DNA from: Schmidtea polychroa
Lineage: Eukaryota
DNA length: 64,000 nucleotides
Reading direction: 5' to 3'
NCBI GenBank assembly: GCA_044892525.1
Contig: CM097885.1
Span: 1 to 64,000 of the forward strand
Shown: piece after piece, positions 40,244 through 52,034 of the stretch
How the letters are laid out: each line of letters begins with the position of its first letter
How positions within the stretch are numbered: position 1 is the stretch's first letter
Program-made: the position numbers and the translations under genes
The notes under the pieces: generated by a model
The model's input: the letters and a program-made list of their open reading frames with translations, nothing else
Database searches by the model: none
Told to the model about the DNA's origin: nothing

Positions 40244-41653
40244 ATGTCTCTAAATAAATATTGGAGATGTGAAAGTTGTAATTGTCAAGTTACAAGACTT
40301 CATAAAGCAAGTCATTTAAAAACTAAAAAACATACAGGAGGTGATCTAATTCCACGAGCTGGAGGCGATTTGCAATCTTCAAAAACAACATCTTCAATAT
40401 TAAAACCTTTTACTACAGAAAAATATCCAGGTGAAAGACATTTATTTAAACACAACTATACTGGACCAGGAACACGTCTAGATATTAGATTAGATGAAAA
40501 TAATAATCCCAAACAAGGAGAAGAACCAATAAATAGAATTGATCAAGCAGCTTTAAAACATGACATTGCATACAATTCAACAAATCTTAGAGATAGACAT
40601 GTTGCAGATGTGAATTTAATACATGATTTAAATAGTATCCAAAATCCATCAACCCAAGAAAAGATTCAAAGAGCTCTAGTTAAATTAGCAATGAAAGGTA
40701 AGATTTTCATAGGCTTAGGACACAGTCCGATCACCATGGGTGCAAGACTTCCTAGGAAAGCAAAAGATGTTGCTTATAAAAAGATTATCGAACAAGCAGA
40801 GATTGAAAGATCCCTCGAGAGTACAGCCAAGACTAGTTTACAAACCCCAACAGAATCAGAAATAAAATATGCAAAGGAATTACACCATGAATTTAGAAAA
40901 AATAAAAAATATTTAAAAGTTCAAGTACATGAAAAAGATCAAACATGGTCTGCAGATTTAGTCTTTATGCCCAAATCATCAGACCCTGAAAAATATAAAA
41001 TAATTTTAACTGTAATAGATTTATATACAAGATTTGCTTTTGCAAGATGTTTAGAAAATAAAACAGGATATTCTATTACAGAAGCATTTGAAAATATATT
41101 TGAAGAAAATCAAAGAATCCCAAAATATTTATGGTGTGATAAAGGAACAGAATTTTATAACAAAGTTTTTACAAAGTTTTTAAATGAAAATGATATTAAA
41201 TTATATTCAACAGAAAACGAAGGAAAAGCAGTCGTAGTTGAAAGATTAAATAGAACATTAAAAAATAAAATGTGGAAATATTTTACTGCTATTGGAAAAC
41301 AAAAATGGAACAATGAATTGTTACAAAAGATTGTAAATGAATATAATAATGATGTACATAGTTCTATAAAATTAACACCTTTAAATGCTTCCATGAAGCC
41401 TGAAACCATTAAAGTGGTAAATATTGAAAATGATGTTATTGAAAAACCAAAGTTTAAAATTGGTGACCGAGTAAGAATATTTAAATATAAAAATAAATTT
41501 GAAAAAGGATTCACAGCAAAATGGACAAATGAAATTTTTATTATAAATAAAATACATTATACAACTCCAATAACATATACCATCTTTGATTTAAATAATG
41601 AAAAAATATTAGGTAGATTTTATAATAATGAACTACAGAAAACAGATTTTTAA
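40244..41653 (+). CDS. Zn finger, parvovirus-type phospholipase A2 and rve integrase fusion
   Basis: CESC..HLKTKKH; HNYTGPGT..PINRIDQAALKHDIAY..AD; DDE triad in WSADL, WCDKGTEF, VVERLNRTLK. Confidence 0.9.
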   Translation: MSLNKYWRCESCNCQVTRLHKASHLKTKKHTGGDLIPRAGGDLQSSKTTSSILKPFTTEKYPGERHLFKHNYTGPGTRLDIRLDENNNPKQGEEPINRIDQAALKHDIAYNSTNLRDRHVADVNLIHDLNSIQNPSTQEKIQRALVKLAMKGKIFIGLGHSPITMGARLPRKAKDVAYKKIIEQAEIERSLESTAKTSLQTPTESEIKYAKELHHEFRKNKKYLKVQVHEKDQTWSADLVFMPKSSDPEKYKIILTVIDLYTRFAFARCLENKTGYSITEAFENIFEENQRIPKYLWCDKGTEFYNKVFTKFLNENDIKLYSTENEGKAVVVERLNRTLKNKMWKYFTAIGKQKWNNELLQKIVNEYNNDVHSSIKLTPLNASMKPETIKVVNIENDVIEKPKFKIGDRVRIFKYKNKFEKGFTAKWTNEIFIINKIHYTTPITYTIFDLNNEKILGRFYNNELQKTDF

Positions 41654-41664
41654 GTCGACAAGCC

Positions 41665-42456
41665 CTAAAACAAACTTTTCCATATTTCAGCTTCTTCTCT
41701 ATCCAAATAAATATAATTATATTTTTCTTTCCAATGATTATCAACAAACATATCAAACATATTCTTATCAGGTTCAACATTTGAAAATAAATCATTATAA
41801 ATCATATTCTTATCACGGCGATCTAATTTAAAAAATATAAAACAATTGGAATTATTTCTTATTGAATTTTTATCTAAAGCATAATATGTTTGAGATATAT
41901 AAATAACATTACAATTATTATGTCGACCTCGTGTAAAGTAACTCTTTTGAATCTCTTGATTTTTCATATTAACAACATCATCAAATATAACTAGATTCTT
42001 TTTATCTTTAGGAAGTAAATCACAATGTAAAACATCTTCAGGTTTATTAGAGAATAAAACTTGAATTGCCTCCTGCCCTTCTTCACAAATATAATCATTT
42101 TTATTACTAATATCTGATTCTAAAATCTTTTCCTTATACCAATCAACCATATCACAAGGTTGAAAAACTTCTTCAGGACACCTATGTTGATTTTTAAAAA
42201 TATCAATTATTGCTTTTTTAGTTAATTTATTTTCAAATCCACATTTCAAAAGTTGTAATTCTGGTTGATTTATGGTTGTAGAATAAAAGATTAAATTATT
42301 ATAATCTAAAAAATCATCTTCAAGTAACATTCTCAAAACAAGTACATTCTTTCCACATCCAGAAGAACCAACAATTAATAATCTAAAATTATCAGGAAAT
42401 ACTTTATTATTAAATTTACTCTTATGTCTATTTAAAATTGGTTTCCAAATATCCAT
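41665..42456 (-). CDS. Polinton A32/FtsK-like packaging ATPase
   Basis: Walker A GSSGCGK, Walker B LVIFDD, RGRH, ISQ, IRNN; likely ATG at 42456. Confidence 0.92.
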   Translation of the reverse strand: MDIWKPILNRHKSKFNNKVFPDNFRLLIVGSSGCGKNVLVLRMLLEDDFLDYNNLIFYSTTINQPELQLLKCGFENKLTKKAIIDIFKNQHRCPEEVFQPCDMVDWYKEKILESDISNKNDYICEEGQEAIQVLFSNKPEDVLHCDLLPKDKKNLVIFDDVVNMKNQEIQKSYFTRGRHNNCNVIYISQTYYALDKNSIRNNSNCFIFFKLDRRDKNMIYNDLFSNVEPDKNMFDMFVDNHWKEKYNYIYLDREEAEIWKSLF

Positions 42457-42471
42457 TTTGTTTATTATAAA

Positions 42472-43050
42472 ATGACAACTGAAGAATCTTTGCAAGAATT
42501 AATAAATTCAAATAAAAATAAATCAGTAGTAATTGATGGTAAAAAATATTTTATTGGAAAACATGTAAAAGAACAAGTTAGAGCGAAGCTCCACGAAGCT
42601 AAAGAAGGTGGCATTCTTCCATTAGCTGCTTTAATACCTGCAATCATTGCTGGTTTATCAGGTGCTGCTGGAATAGCTGGAGGAATTGCAACTACAGTTC
42701 AAAAAGCTAAAGAATCTCAAAAGACAGACCTAGAAAAAGAAAAACTACAAACTGAAATCGATTCAATGAAGAAGGTAGGGCAAGCTAAAGGAGGAGTGTC
42801 CGTTGGAAAGGGTCTCTATCTTAATCCATATGAGGGGAGTCGGCAAAAGTCTCAGGGCAAAGGTCTTTATCTTGATCCTTATAAAGGTAGAGGTTTAAAT
42901 GATTTTTTAAAAAATCAAATTTCTACATCTGAATCTTTATCTTCAAAAGATAAAGAAGGTTTAAAAAAAATATGTAAATCTTTAAAGAATGGATGCCTTT
43001 GTAAAACTAAAAATGGTAAAGGATTATACTTGAAGCCCTTCGAACTATGA
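42472..43050 (+). CDS. Polinton virion core/membrane-active protein (adenovirus pX/pVII-like)
   Basis: GGILPLAALIPAIIAG hydrophobic motif; three GKGLYL repeats, which are putative protease sites. Confidence 0.7.
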   Translation: MTTEESLQELINSNKNKSVVIDGKKYFIGKHVKEQVRAKLHEAKEGGILPLAALIPAIIAGLSGAAGIAGGIATTVQKAKESQKTDLEKEKLQTEIDSMKKVGQAKGGVSVGKGLYLNPYEGSRQKSQGKGLYLDPYKGRGLNDFLKNQISTSESLSSKDKEGLKKICKSLKNGCLCKTKNGKGLYLKPFEL

Positions 43051-43072
43051 TACCATTTTTGATACCATTAAA

Positions 43073-43954
43073 ATGGTATATGAAGAAAGATTAGCACTTT
43101 TAAAAAAAATACAATCAGAACAAGATAAATATAATAAAAAAGATACAACTCAACATGCTGAATCTATAATATTAAATGAGGTAATAACACAACAACAGGG
43201 GCCAACAATTAAAGCTATAAAAGAGTTGGAAGATTTCAATGAGCAAGCAAAATTTAAAGAGTTAGAAGATAAAAAACAAAAAATAAAAGAACTAGAGTGG
43301 CAGGATAAAGAAAAAGAATCCAGTGAAAACCATCCTGAAAGAAATCAAAGAAAAAGCAGAAGAATTTCTAATGTGGAAGAAGAAGAAATGTTTTTAAAAA
43401 CAAAAGCTCTTAAAGTTGATCCTAAAATTAGAGATGATTTACCTCCTTCAATTAGACCCACATTTAATACTAATACTGAAGGATATCAAATAATAACAAT
43501 TAATAAACAAAACTTTACTTTATATTCAAATTCAGAAAATAAATCACGTATTCATTCACAAAATGTTTATAATAATGAATATTTAGACTTTGAATTTACA
43601 GATGATTTTTATAGATTACTTTGTGGATATTTTTCAGATGATGTTGAAGAAATTAAAAAATATTTAAATTTAATAAAATTAATAAGAGCTAGTTCTAAAG
43701 CAAAATATATTCAAGATTTAAAGAATTATTTAAATAAAAATGAAAAGGGTTATGTTGTTACAGAGGGAGAGGGATTAATTAGTAAAGGTGGTAAACCAAA
43801 TCCCATCAATCTTTTTATTGAATTAAGAAAACTATTAGCTGCAAGGAAAGCAGGACATAATAATTTAGATTCTGATATTTTAAAGATTTCTAAAGATTTG
43901 TTAAAACAAGGAATAATTTCAAAAGATAAATTTAATAAGTATACGAAGTTATAA
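43073..43954 (+). CDS. Polinton hypothetical protein
   Basis: 293-aa ORF in the morphogenesis cluster with GEGL and AARKAGHN motifs; conserved in the second copy. Confidence 0.7.
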   Translation: MVYEERLALLKKIQSEQDKYNKKDTTQHAESIILNEVITQQQGPTIKAIKELEDFNEQAKFKELEDKKQKIKELEWQDKEKESSENHPERNQRKSRRISNVEEEEMFLKTKALKVDPKIRDDLPPSIRPTFNTNTEGYQIITINKQNFTLYSNSENKSRIHSQNVYNNEYLDFEFTDDFYRLLCGYFSDDVEEIKKYLNLIKLIRASSKAKYIQDLKNYLNKNEKGYVVTEGEGLISKGGKPNPINLFIELRKLLAARKAGHNNLDSDILKISKDLLKQGIISKDKFNKYTKL

Positions 43955-43976
43955 ATACGAAGTTTTAAAATACAAA

Positions 43977-44441
43977 ATGACTCCTTCAATATTAGATTTT
44001 TTAAAAACATTTGGAATAAATGCAAAAACAAATTTTGATTTAAAAGATTATGCAAATTATTTAAATTTAAAAATTAAAATATTAATGAATGATGAATTAT
44101 CAAGTCTGGAGAGTCCCCTGAATATAATAATCAATTATCAAAATTCAAATGAAAAAGGATCTCATTGGGTTTGTATATATAAGAAATCTATCTACTTTGA
44201 TTCTTTTGGGATTAAACCTACTAAAGAAGTTGAAGATTATCTCTTGAGGGGTTCTCCGATTGATTCCCCAAATGGTTATACTTTTAACTCTTTACAAGTT
44301 CAACCTTTGAATACTAAAATATGTGGTATTTTAAGTTTATATGTTTTGTATAGATTGAATAAGGGAGAGGGAAAGGGGCATACGCAGGATTTTGAATCTA
44401 TAATTCAAGAAATTTATAATGATCTAGAATCTCTACTATAA
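43977..44441 (+). CDS. Polinton adenain-like maturation cysteine protease
   Basis: GSHWV, YFDSFG and QVQ..CG catalytic motifs. Confidence 0.92.
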   Translation: MTPSILDFLKTFGINAKTNFDLKDYANYLNLKIKILMNDELSSLESPLNIIINYQNSNEKGSHWVCIYKKSIYFDSFGIKPTKEVEDYLLRGSPIDSPNGYTFNSLQVQPLNTKICGILSLYVLYRLNKGEGKGHTQDFESIIQEIYNDLESLL

Positions 44442-44489
44442 GGATTTTTACTATAAGGATTTTTACTATATGAATTTACTACTAAAGAA

Positions 44490-45254
44490 ATGGAGCTTCA
44501 CAACCCTCCGGAAGATAATTTAAAAAAAATGGTAAACATAATGTCAGATAAATATTCAAGAACTTTATCTATAAATTCAAAAGAATCAGAGTTTACTATA
44601 AACTTTCAAGATTCAATTAAATTAGATCAAAATATAAATTATGAATTGGGGCTATTATGGTTTTGTGCTTATAATACTATTTTTAATATAACTAAAGATA
44701 ATAATAAATTTACTATTCAAACTCGTGATGGGCATAAACCAGAAATTATAACAATAGAACCTGGGGCATATGAGATAAAAGATTTAAATGATATACTTTC
44801 TAAAAAAACAAATGAAGGTATTAAAATTAAAATGGATATACCAACTTCAAAATGTGTAATGACTTTGAAGAATATAAAAATTAGTTTTTTAGATAATTGT
44901 TTCTTTCACACAGTTTTAGGATTTAAACCTATGGATATAACAATAAAAGAAGATAAAATAATAACATCAGAACATATTATAAAAATAATAAATACAAACA
45001 CAATAAATATTCATTGCGATTGTATAACAGGTTCTTATAATAATGGTAAACAAACAAATGTTTTATATTCCTTTCCCTCAAACACAGTTCCTATGGGATA
45101 TAAAATAGTTGAAAGAATGAATCCTCCAAATTATTTACCTTTATGTAGAAAATATATAATGGATATTAATTTTAAAATTCTTAATCAAGAAGGAGAATTG
45201 ATTGATTTTAATGGAGAAGAGATTTCAATGTATTTACATTTGAAACAGGTTTGA
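44490..45254 (+). CDS. Polinton minor capsid (penton-like) protein
   Basis: YNTIFNI..NN, PGAYEI, LGF, IHCD.I.GSY.NG, NQEG..IDFNGE. Confidence 0.82.
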   Translation: MELHNPPEDNLKKMVNIMSDKYSRTLSINSKESEFTINFQDSIKLDQNINYELGLLWFCAYNTIFNITKDNNKFTIQTRDGHKPEIITIEPGAYEIKDLNDILSKKTNEGIKIKMDIPTSKCVMTLKNIKISFLDNCFFHTVLGFKPMDITIKEDKIITSEHIIKIINTNTINIHCDCITGSYNNGKQTNVLYSFPSNTVPMGYKIVERMNPPNYLPLCRKYIMDINFKILNQEGELIDFNGEEISMYLHLKQV

Positions 45255-45278
45255 AGATTCATTTTAAATTATTAATAA

Positions 45279-46288
45279 ATGAGTTCTTATATTCCATGTA
45301 ATAGAGGTGGTGGAACAATAAAAACAGGGTTTAATACAGAAGAAATATTAACTTTAACAGAAAATAAATATATTAATGAAAGAGGTGATTCAATGAAGGG
45401 TGATTTAATTTTAAATGGACACAAGATAAAAGAATTATCTTTTCCAACTGATGAAGCTGATGCAGTTAATAAGAAATATGTAGATGGTGTTAAAAAATAT
45501 ACTGATTTAACAATAACAAGAATTGAAAGTTCATTAACAACAAAAATTGATTCAATGGAATCAAAGCTTAATAATATCGAACAACGATTTAATGATAAAT
45601 TTGACAAGTTACAAAGTCTGTTAACTGAACAAGTTGTAAAGTTAAATACTGCTATATTAAATTCTAAAGATAAACAAATTATGAATACTAAATTTAATAC
45701 AATATATAATATAATAAATGAGATGATTACATCATTTAATTTCAAATTTCAAATTTAGAGTCTCATGGAACACACATTAACACCACACATAGTATTAGAA
45801 AAAGAGCTGCTGAATTAGAACAGAATAAAACATTATTACCCCATACATATAAACATTTTATAGAACCAAGTTTAATAACAACAAACAGTAAAGAATGGGG
45901 TGTTTTTATGGTTGTAAAAATTATTGATCCTTATTTCTTTTTGTTTGATGATGATAATGAAAGAATGAAATGGTTTGTGAAATGTGATTATAATAGTAAG
46001 CTTGAAAAGGGTGATGTTATAATGACTAGTTATGATTTACCACACGGAGATTGGTATGTTAATACTCATTCACATGGACTACATAAAGTTAAAAGTAAGA
46101 ATATTCATTTTTCTAGTTCACTTGTACAATATATAGATTTAATATTTTATGAAAAAAAGGTTGATGTTGATGAAGTTCGTAAAGCATTGAGAGAATTGTA
46201 TAAAGATATCCTCTCAACAAGAGTTTCTTTTGATATCCGAGTATTGGTGCCAGATGGTGCTCAGAAGAATAAAGTCTTATTTTTTTAA
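45279..46288 (+). pseudogene. Fibre-like protein, frameshifted copy of the 336-aa gene at 61243-62253
   Basis: Split into 159-aa and 126-aa ORFs by a 6-to-5-bp replacement at about 45740. Confidence 0.8.
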
Positions 46289-46296
46289 TTATTAAA

Positions 46297-46908
46297 ATGG
46301 AAGAAGTAAGAGAAGAAAAAATTTACCCAGAATTGAGATCATCAGGATATAATTCCGAAGGTCACAAAGGTTCCAAGGCCTCGGCTCCCACAGAACTTGA
46401 AATTATGAGAGTAAAAGAATTTAAATCAGAAACCTTACATTTACAAGATTTATTAAAGCATTATAAAAAAATTAAAAATAGATGGAATAAAGGGAATACA
46501 GTTTTAAAAGTTATAGGTTATTCTTTAGGATTTGCATCTGCAATATTAACAGTTATTTTACCCATAACTTTACCAGTTGTTACTCTTGCACCTGTAATAC
46601 TTGGAAGTATTTCTGTGGCTGATGGTTTCTTAACTGAAATAGTTTCATTATCTTATACTTCTAAAAAGAAAAGTTTATATAGAGAAGTTTGTTTATCAAT
46701 AGAATTAGGAATCTCTAAATTATTTTTATTTCAATTAAAAGCTTTGGAAGATGGAATCCTGACAGACGAAGAAATAATGAAATCAAATCAAATAATACAA
46801 GATATAAAGAATGAGGTTATAAGATTAAAAAGGGAGGGCATGGTGGCTAATGTTATAAGTAATAAAAAAACATCTCGAGAAAAATGGTTAAAGAATTCTT
46901 ACTTATAA
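46297..46908 (+). CDS. Polinton membrane protein with an N-terminal YPxL motif
   Basis: IYPEL..ASAP, coiled coil, hydrophobic hairpin (VIGYSLGFASAILTVILPITLPVVTLAPVILG). Confidence 0.72.
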   Translation: MEEVREEKIYPELRSSGYNSEGHKGSKASAPTELEIMRVKEFKSETLHLQDLLKHYKKIKNRWNKGNTVLKVIGYSLGFASAILTVILPITLPVVTLAPVILGSISVADGFLTEIVSLSYTSKKKSLYREVCLSIELGISKLFLFQLKALEDGILTDEEIMKSNQIIQDIKNEVIRLKREGMVANVISNKKTSREKWLKNSYL

Positions 46909-46969
46909 AAAAGTAGATCAGGTTGCTATAGTTGCTTAAATTAATTGTCGACATTTTATTATTAAAAAA

Positions 46970-47412
46970 TTAAATATCGTTGAAAGCCAACCTATGAATC
47001 ATTAATTTATGATCTTTAAATTCTTTATCACTTAGACCTTTTATATATTCAGGATCAGTATTAAAATATTTAAGTTCTAAACATATAGGATTAAAAACTT
47101 GAGAATATAAAGGTTTCTCGATTTCTCTCACGGGATAAATAAATATCAAGATCAGTAATCTTTGTATCATATAACTTATTCAACTTTTCTAGATTTTTTA
47201 TTATAGGGATTAAATTATGAATCTCTTATCATCATAATTTGATAATGATATTTTTTGAGATTCTATCAAGTGAATATCATGGTTTTCACTTTTAAGTTGA
47301 TGTATTTCATCAATTTTATCTTTATGATTTGGATTCAATGTATCTATATAATCTTGATGAGAAAGATTCTTTGCAACCACTCTCTGTATTCCTTTACATC
47401 TGTTATCCTTTA
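46970..47412 (-). pseudogene. 3' fragment of family-A pPolB with deletions
   Basis: Reverse complement of about 60035-60540 (KDNRCKGIQRVVAKNL..YDDKRF..HRLAFN). Confidence 0.85.
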
Positions 47413-47499
47413 AATTAGTAATATTTTTTATAATTTCAAAAATGTTATTTTCTTGATTTTTAGTTTCCATCATTTTATAGTGTTAAAATTCTAATTCTT

Positions 47500-50400
47500 A
47501 GACCAGTCGTAATTGATTTATAATTATTTCTGCAGTAATGCTTTTTAACATTAATTTATGTGATTTAAAGTCTTCTGGTGTTAGTCCTTGGATATATTCA
47601 GGATCAGTATTAAAATATTTAAGTTCTATAGGTTTATATTTTGAACTTGATTATATAAAGGTTTAGGAATTAATATTTCAGGATATTGGATTTCTACTTT
47701 AGCAAGTTGAAGGTCTGTAATCTCTAGGTTATAAATTTCATTTATTTTATCAAGATTTTTTATTATAGGGATTAAATCATTTCCAATAGGTAATGTTGTC
47801 TTCAAGTCAGAAAGTATAAATCTTTTATCATCATAATTTGTTATAGCAATCTTGTTACACTCTTCAAGATATATATTATGTTTCTCTGATTTAAGATGAT
47901 GGGTTTTAGCAATTTTATTTTTATAATTTATATTTAATGAATCTTTATACTCTTGATGTGTGAAGGTTTTTGACACTGATTTTTGAATTCCTTTACTTTT
48001 ATTTTCTTTATAGCTTTTCGGGTTTTCAGGGAATGAAGGATATTCAAATGTGTGATCTATTTCAACAGATCCTTCTCCCTCCCCTATTATAAATTTTATT
48101 GTATGCTCTTTCATAATTGGTTTGTCTTTCATTTCAAGAGAATATTGTTTAGGTCTAATAAACACTCCTCCACTTATTGGAGTATTTGGTTTTTCATCTT
48201 TAAAAGTAAATAATTCTCCAGAGTTGTTTATTAATTTATTTAAGGTTTCGTTTTCACTTATTTCCTTTTTTAAATCTTTACTATGACCAATTTAAAAACA
48301 TACTATCAGTGTCCATAGCATGCATGGATATTCGATCTCCAAAATGGGGTACTAGAACATCATAGTAGGTCTCATACATTTGAAGCTTTGAAAGTTCTAA
48401 AATTGAAAAACCTATAAAGATTGGTTTATTATAAGTTTTTACAAAGTTTTTAATCTCTATAGCTATAAGGTTACTAGAGAATATCTCGGCATTTTTAAAT
48501 GTGGGCTTTCCAATTATCCGGTTGTACCTATTAAGGTCTTTGGATGTATTGGTCAAAAGCTCTACACGTGTGTACTTGTCTATATTCTCCATGGTCTTTC
48601 CAAAGACCGCATTGTTCAGGAGTTTGTAAATCATATCAAGAAATGCATTTCCAGCTCTCTTTGCTGCATTTCTTTTCAAAATATTTCCCTCTATGAATTT
48701 TTTCATAAAAGGGGCTTGTCGAAATTTAATAATGGAATGTACTTTTTTTAAAACCATTCCATGGGAGAGATAAAACTGAAGGTCTATAATGACAAAGGTA
48801 ATCAGTTTTATCGGTCTGATCGCATAAAAGTTTTATACAGGGCGATCTATCCTGAGCCATCTGCCAGTCTGAAAGTTCTTCAGTCGAGATCTTTCTTCTT
48901 ACTGGAGCAAATGGAAAGAATCTTGTCCTGGATTTTATTTCATTGGGATATTCAAGATCGCATTCTATGACATATCCAAATTGAGAATCTTTTGGTGTTT
49001 TTAGAATTTCTTGTATTAATTCCTCAGTGGGGTCTTCCCAGGTGAACTTGCCAATTGGAAGTTATTGAGTCATTACTCCCGCATATAAAGCTGTTGCATC
49101 TATATACATTATTTCAGAAGGATTAGAAAGACCTTCCATTATTTCCTTACAATCTTCTGGGTTTGTTATTTCTACATATAGAGCATCAGGATCTTTGAAA
49201 AATTTAGGATAAAGAGTTGTAAAATTATTAGCATTTATTTCTCTATTCCCTTGTACTGAAGAAATACCTCCTCTAATATTATGTTTATATACATTAAACA
49301 TATCAAGCTCAACTAATATTTCAATAGTTTTATTTCTTACTGCTACATCTTCATCAGTCCATATGGTATATAATAATATATCCCAAGCTAGAGAGGGAGC
49401 GGTTATATAATTATAAGGTTTTAATTCAAAAGCTTTTGAAAATGTCTCGAAGCAATCAGCTAAGATATAAACATCCAAGGAAAGATACATGTCAGTATAT
49501 TCTCCAAGGTTTCTACAGTTGAATAGATTCCACATTTTAACTGCACGGGAATATTCCTGATCAGAAATCCCTGATTGTGTTAAAACAGAAAAGAAATCTT
49601 CTTGGGGTGGGAGTAATTCATTATATTTTTCAAAGGAGTCTATATAATCATATGGATAGATTCCTTTTGCTAGACAGGTATTATATTCCTCTAATGGAAT
49701 ATTGTTTTTTAATAACACATGTTCTTTTGTATATTTAAAATCCTCAGGGTTCATAGTTTTAGCAATCCCATCCAAAGACATCCCTAAGAAATTTAACGAG
49801 TCCAAAAACTTAAAGCATCCATATTGAATGCTTTTATATTTTTCTTTTGTAAGTCCAATAACCTTGAAAGAGTTTTTAGCATTTGCGGCCAGATGCTTAA
49901 TGAATAGGTGAATATCATAGCCAAAAATATTGTGAAATATAAATGGTATGTGTGTTGGTTTTTTACAATTGAGATTACATTTTTTATGGGCTGCTCCTCT
50001 GTAATTATTTTCTCTTTTAAAATGATCATGGTCTGCAACCTTTGGCTCCTCATCCTCAAACTCTTGTTTACACATCCAGCAGTGTGTTGCATTTTTATAT
50101 TCTTCCTCTTGTTCTTCTGAAAAATTCATAGGAAAGTTGGATTTTAATATTATATATAATTCATGTTCTAGATTATTTAAAGTTTTAACAAAATGATCTA
50201 GAGTCTCTTTGTCAGAAGTTCCTCTAAATGAATATTCTCTAGATTCTACAAGTTCTGGATAATTACTTTTAAAAAACATTTTATAAGCAGAGGGTAATTG
50301 TTTTGTTAGTTTTACAGTATTAGTTTTTGTTCGTCTTAGTTTTACATTTATAGCTTCAAAATCACAATAAACCACTCCCAATGCTTCTAATAGATTGGAA

Positions 50401-51875
50401 TAGTTTTTAAACCTCATATTAGCATTTTTCTTGTGTGGCATTTTTATTAAAGCAGGTTGATTCTTACAACAGAGTCTCTCATGTTTAATAGCAGCAAGTT
50501 TTGAACTTGAATGATATAAACATCTTTTACAACATATGCCTCCACGAATGAGTGTGTTTCCTTTCATAAAACTTTGAAAATTCTTTATTAAGATATAATG
50601 AAGTTTTTTATCTAACATAGTGCCTCCGGACGCAGTGCTTTCTGCTTCTGGTTCTAATGAAATGCCTTCTTCTGCTTCTCTCCTCGGGTGAACGCTTTGA
50701 ACCTCTTCACCATATTCTTCTCCATCAAAGTCTTCATCTGGTTTACCTTCTTCTAATATTAAAAGATCTACTTCTCTCTTTTCATCTGAGATTTCCATGT
50801 TAGAAATGTAAATAGGAATAATGTGTTTATAATTTTTATTTTTTCTAGTTTTTGTAATTTTGGTTGGAATGAATTGATAAATATTAATTTTAAGATTATT
50901 TAATTTTTCAAATGCTGGAACATCTTCAATTTTCATTGGGTGGGAAAAATCTTTTGGATAAATTAATTCAGATTCATATTCTTCATATTTTTGAACTCTC
51001 TGTGGGTTAGTTGCTTGAGGATGTAAGTGTGCAAGTATTGACCATTGAAAACATTTATTATCTTTATTCTGTACATTTATAACATGGTTGGAGGTGAATG
51101 GTGTGTGAATAAAAGATTTAGGATTTGGTGGTGCGCCTCTCCAGTATTCAATCTCTATATTTTGAAAAGAGTGGAATCTTAAATTAGATTCTCCTAGTTC
51201 TTGTTCCACCTGTTCTTGTTTTTCTTCCAATTCTTTAGCTATATCATTAACAAGTTTATTTCCTGCTTTTGTAGAAAATAAATATTTATATGAGGTTTCA
51301 ATTTTTACATCTAGAGGCATTGCGATCGAATCATCTCCTCTCCAGTATTTTGCATTTCCTGTAAATTTAACTTTTATAACATTAAATCTTGATCTACCAA
51401 ATTTTTTTATAGCATCATCCATTGATGATATTATTTTTTTTTTATTTTCTCTTATATATTGCATGATTGATCTGGGTCCTCGTTTTACTTCTGCAATTAC
51501 ATCGGTGTGATTGAAGTCATCCCAATTAAACTCTAGTTTTTCAGCTTTTTCAGTCATTGAGTTTGAATCAGAATCTTTTGCTTCAAGACCACAATCTTCT
51601 ATGTGTCTTAAGTAAAAAGATTTTATCCTCATCGTTTTTCCACATGCTGAACATTCGAATATTTCTCTGTTTTTAGGAACTCCAATACAATTTTTAAAAT
51701 GCTTCTTATAACCTGAAAATAAATATCTATCCTTACATTTAGTACAGATTTTGGAATTAGTGTCATCTAGTGTGTTAGCTTTTATTAAATGGTCTTTTGA
51801 TTTTTTATGAGATGTTAAAGCAGTTTTATTTTTAAAATTTTTTTCACAAATTTCACAATTGAAAATAGCTTCCAT
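47500..51875 (-). pseudogene. Protein-primed DNA polymerase B, Polinton family B (nonsense codon plus frameshifts)
   Basis: N-terminal Zn fingers, YCDFE exonuclease motif, DHDH..RGAAH..CN endonuclease-VII-like insert, FLDS, KGIYPY, IDATALY, KLLNNAVFGK, DTDS; TAA at 49062 where family A has Tyr. Confidence 0.9.
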
Positions 51876-52034
51876 TTTTAAAAGAATCTTTTGGTTGGAT
51901 ACGATGTTTTGGTTTTGATATTAATTTTTATTTTTTTAAATCTAAAAGTGATCAGGCGACCTAGATCATTATGAATTAGGTAATCTGATATTCTTATAAC
52001 ATTAAATCCTTATAACATTAAATCCTTAAGACCA

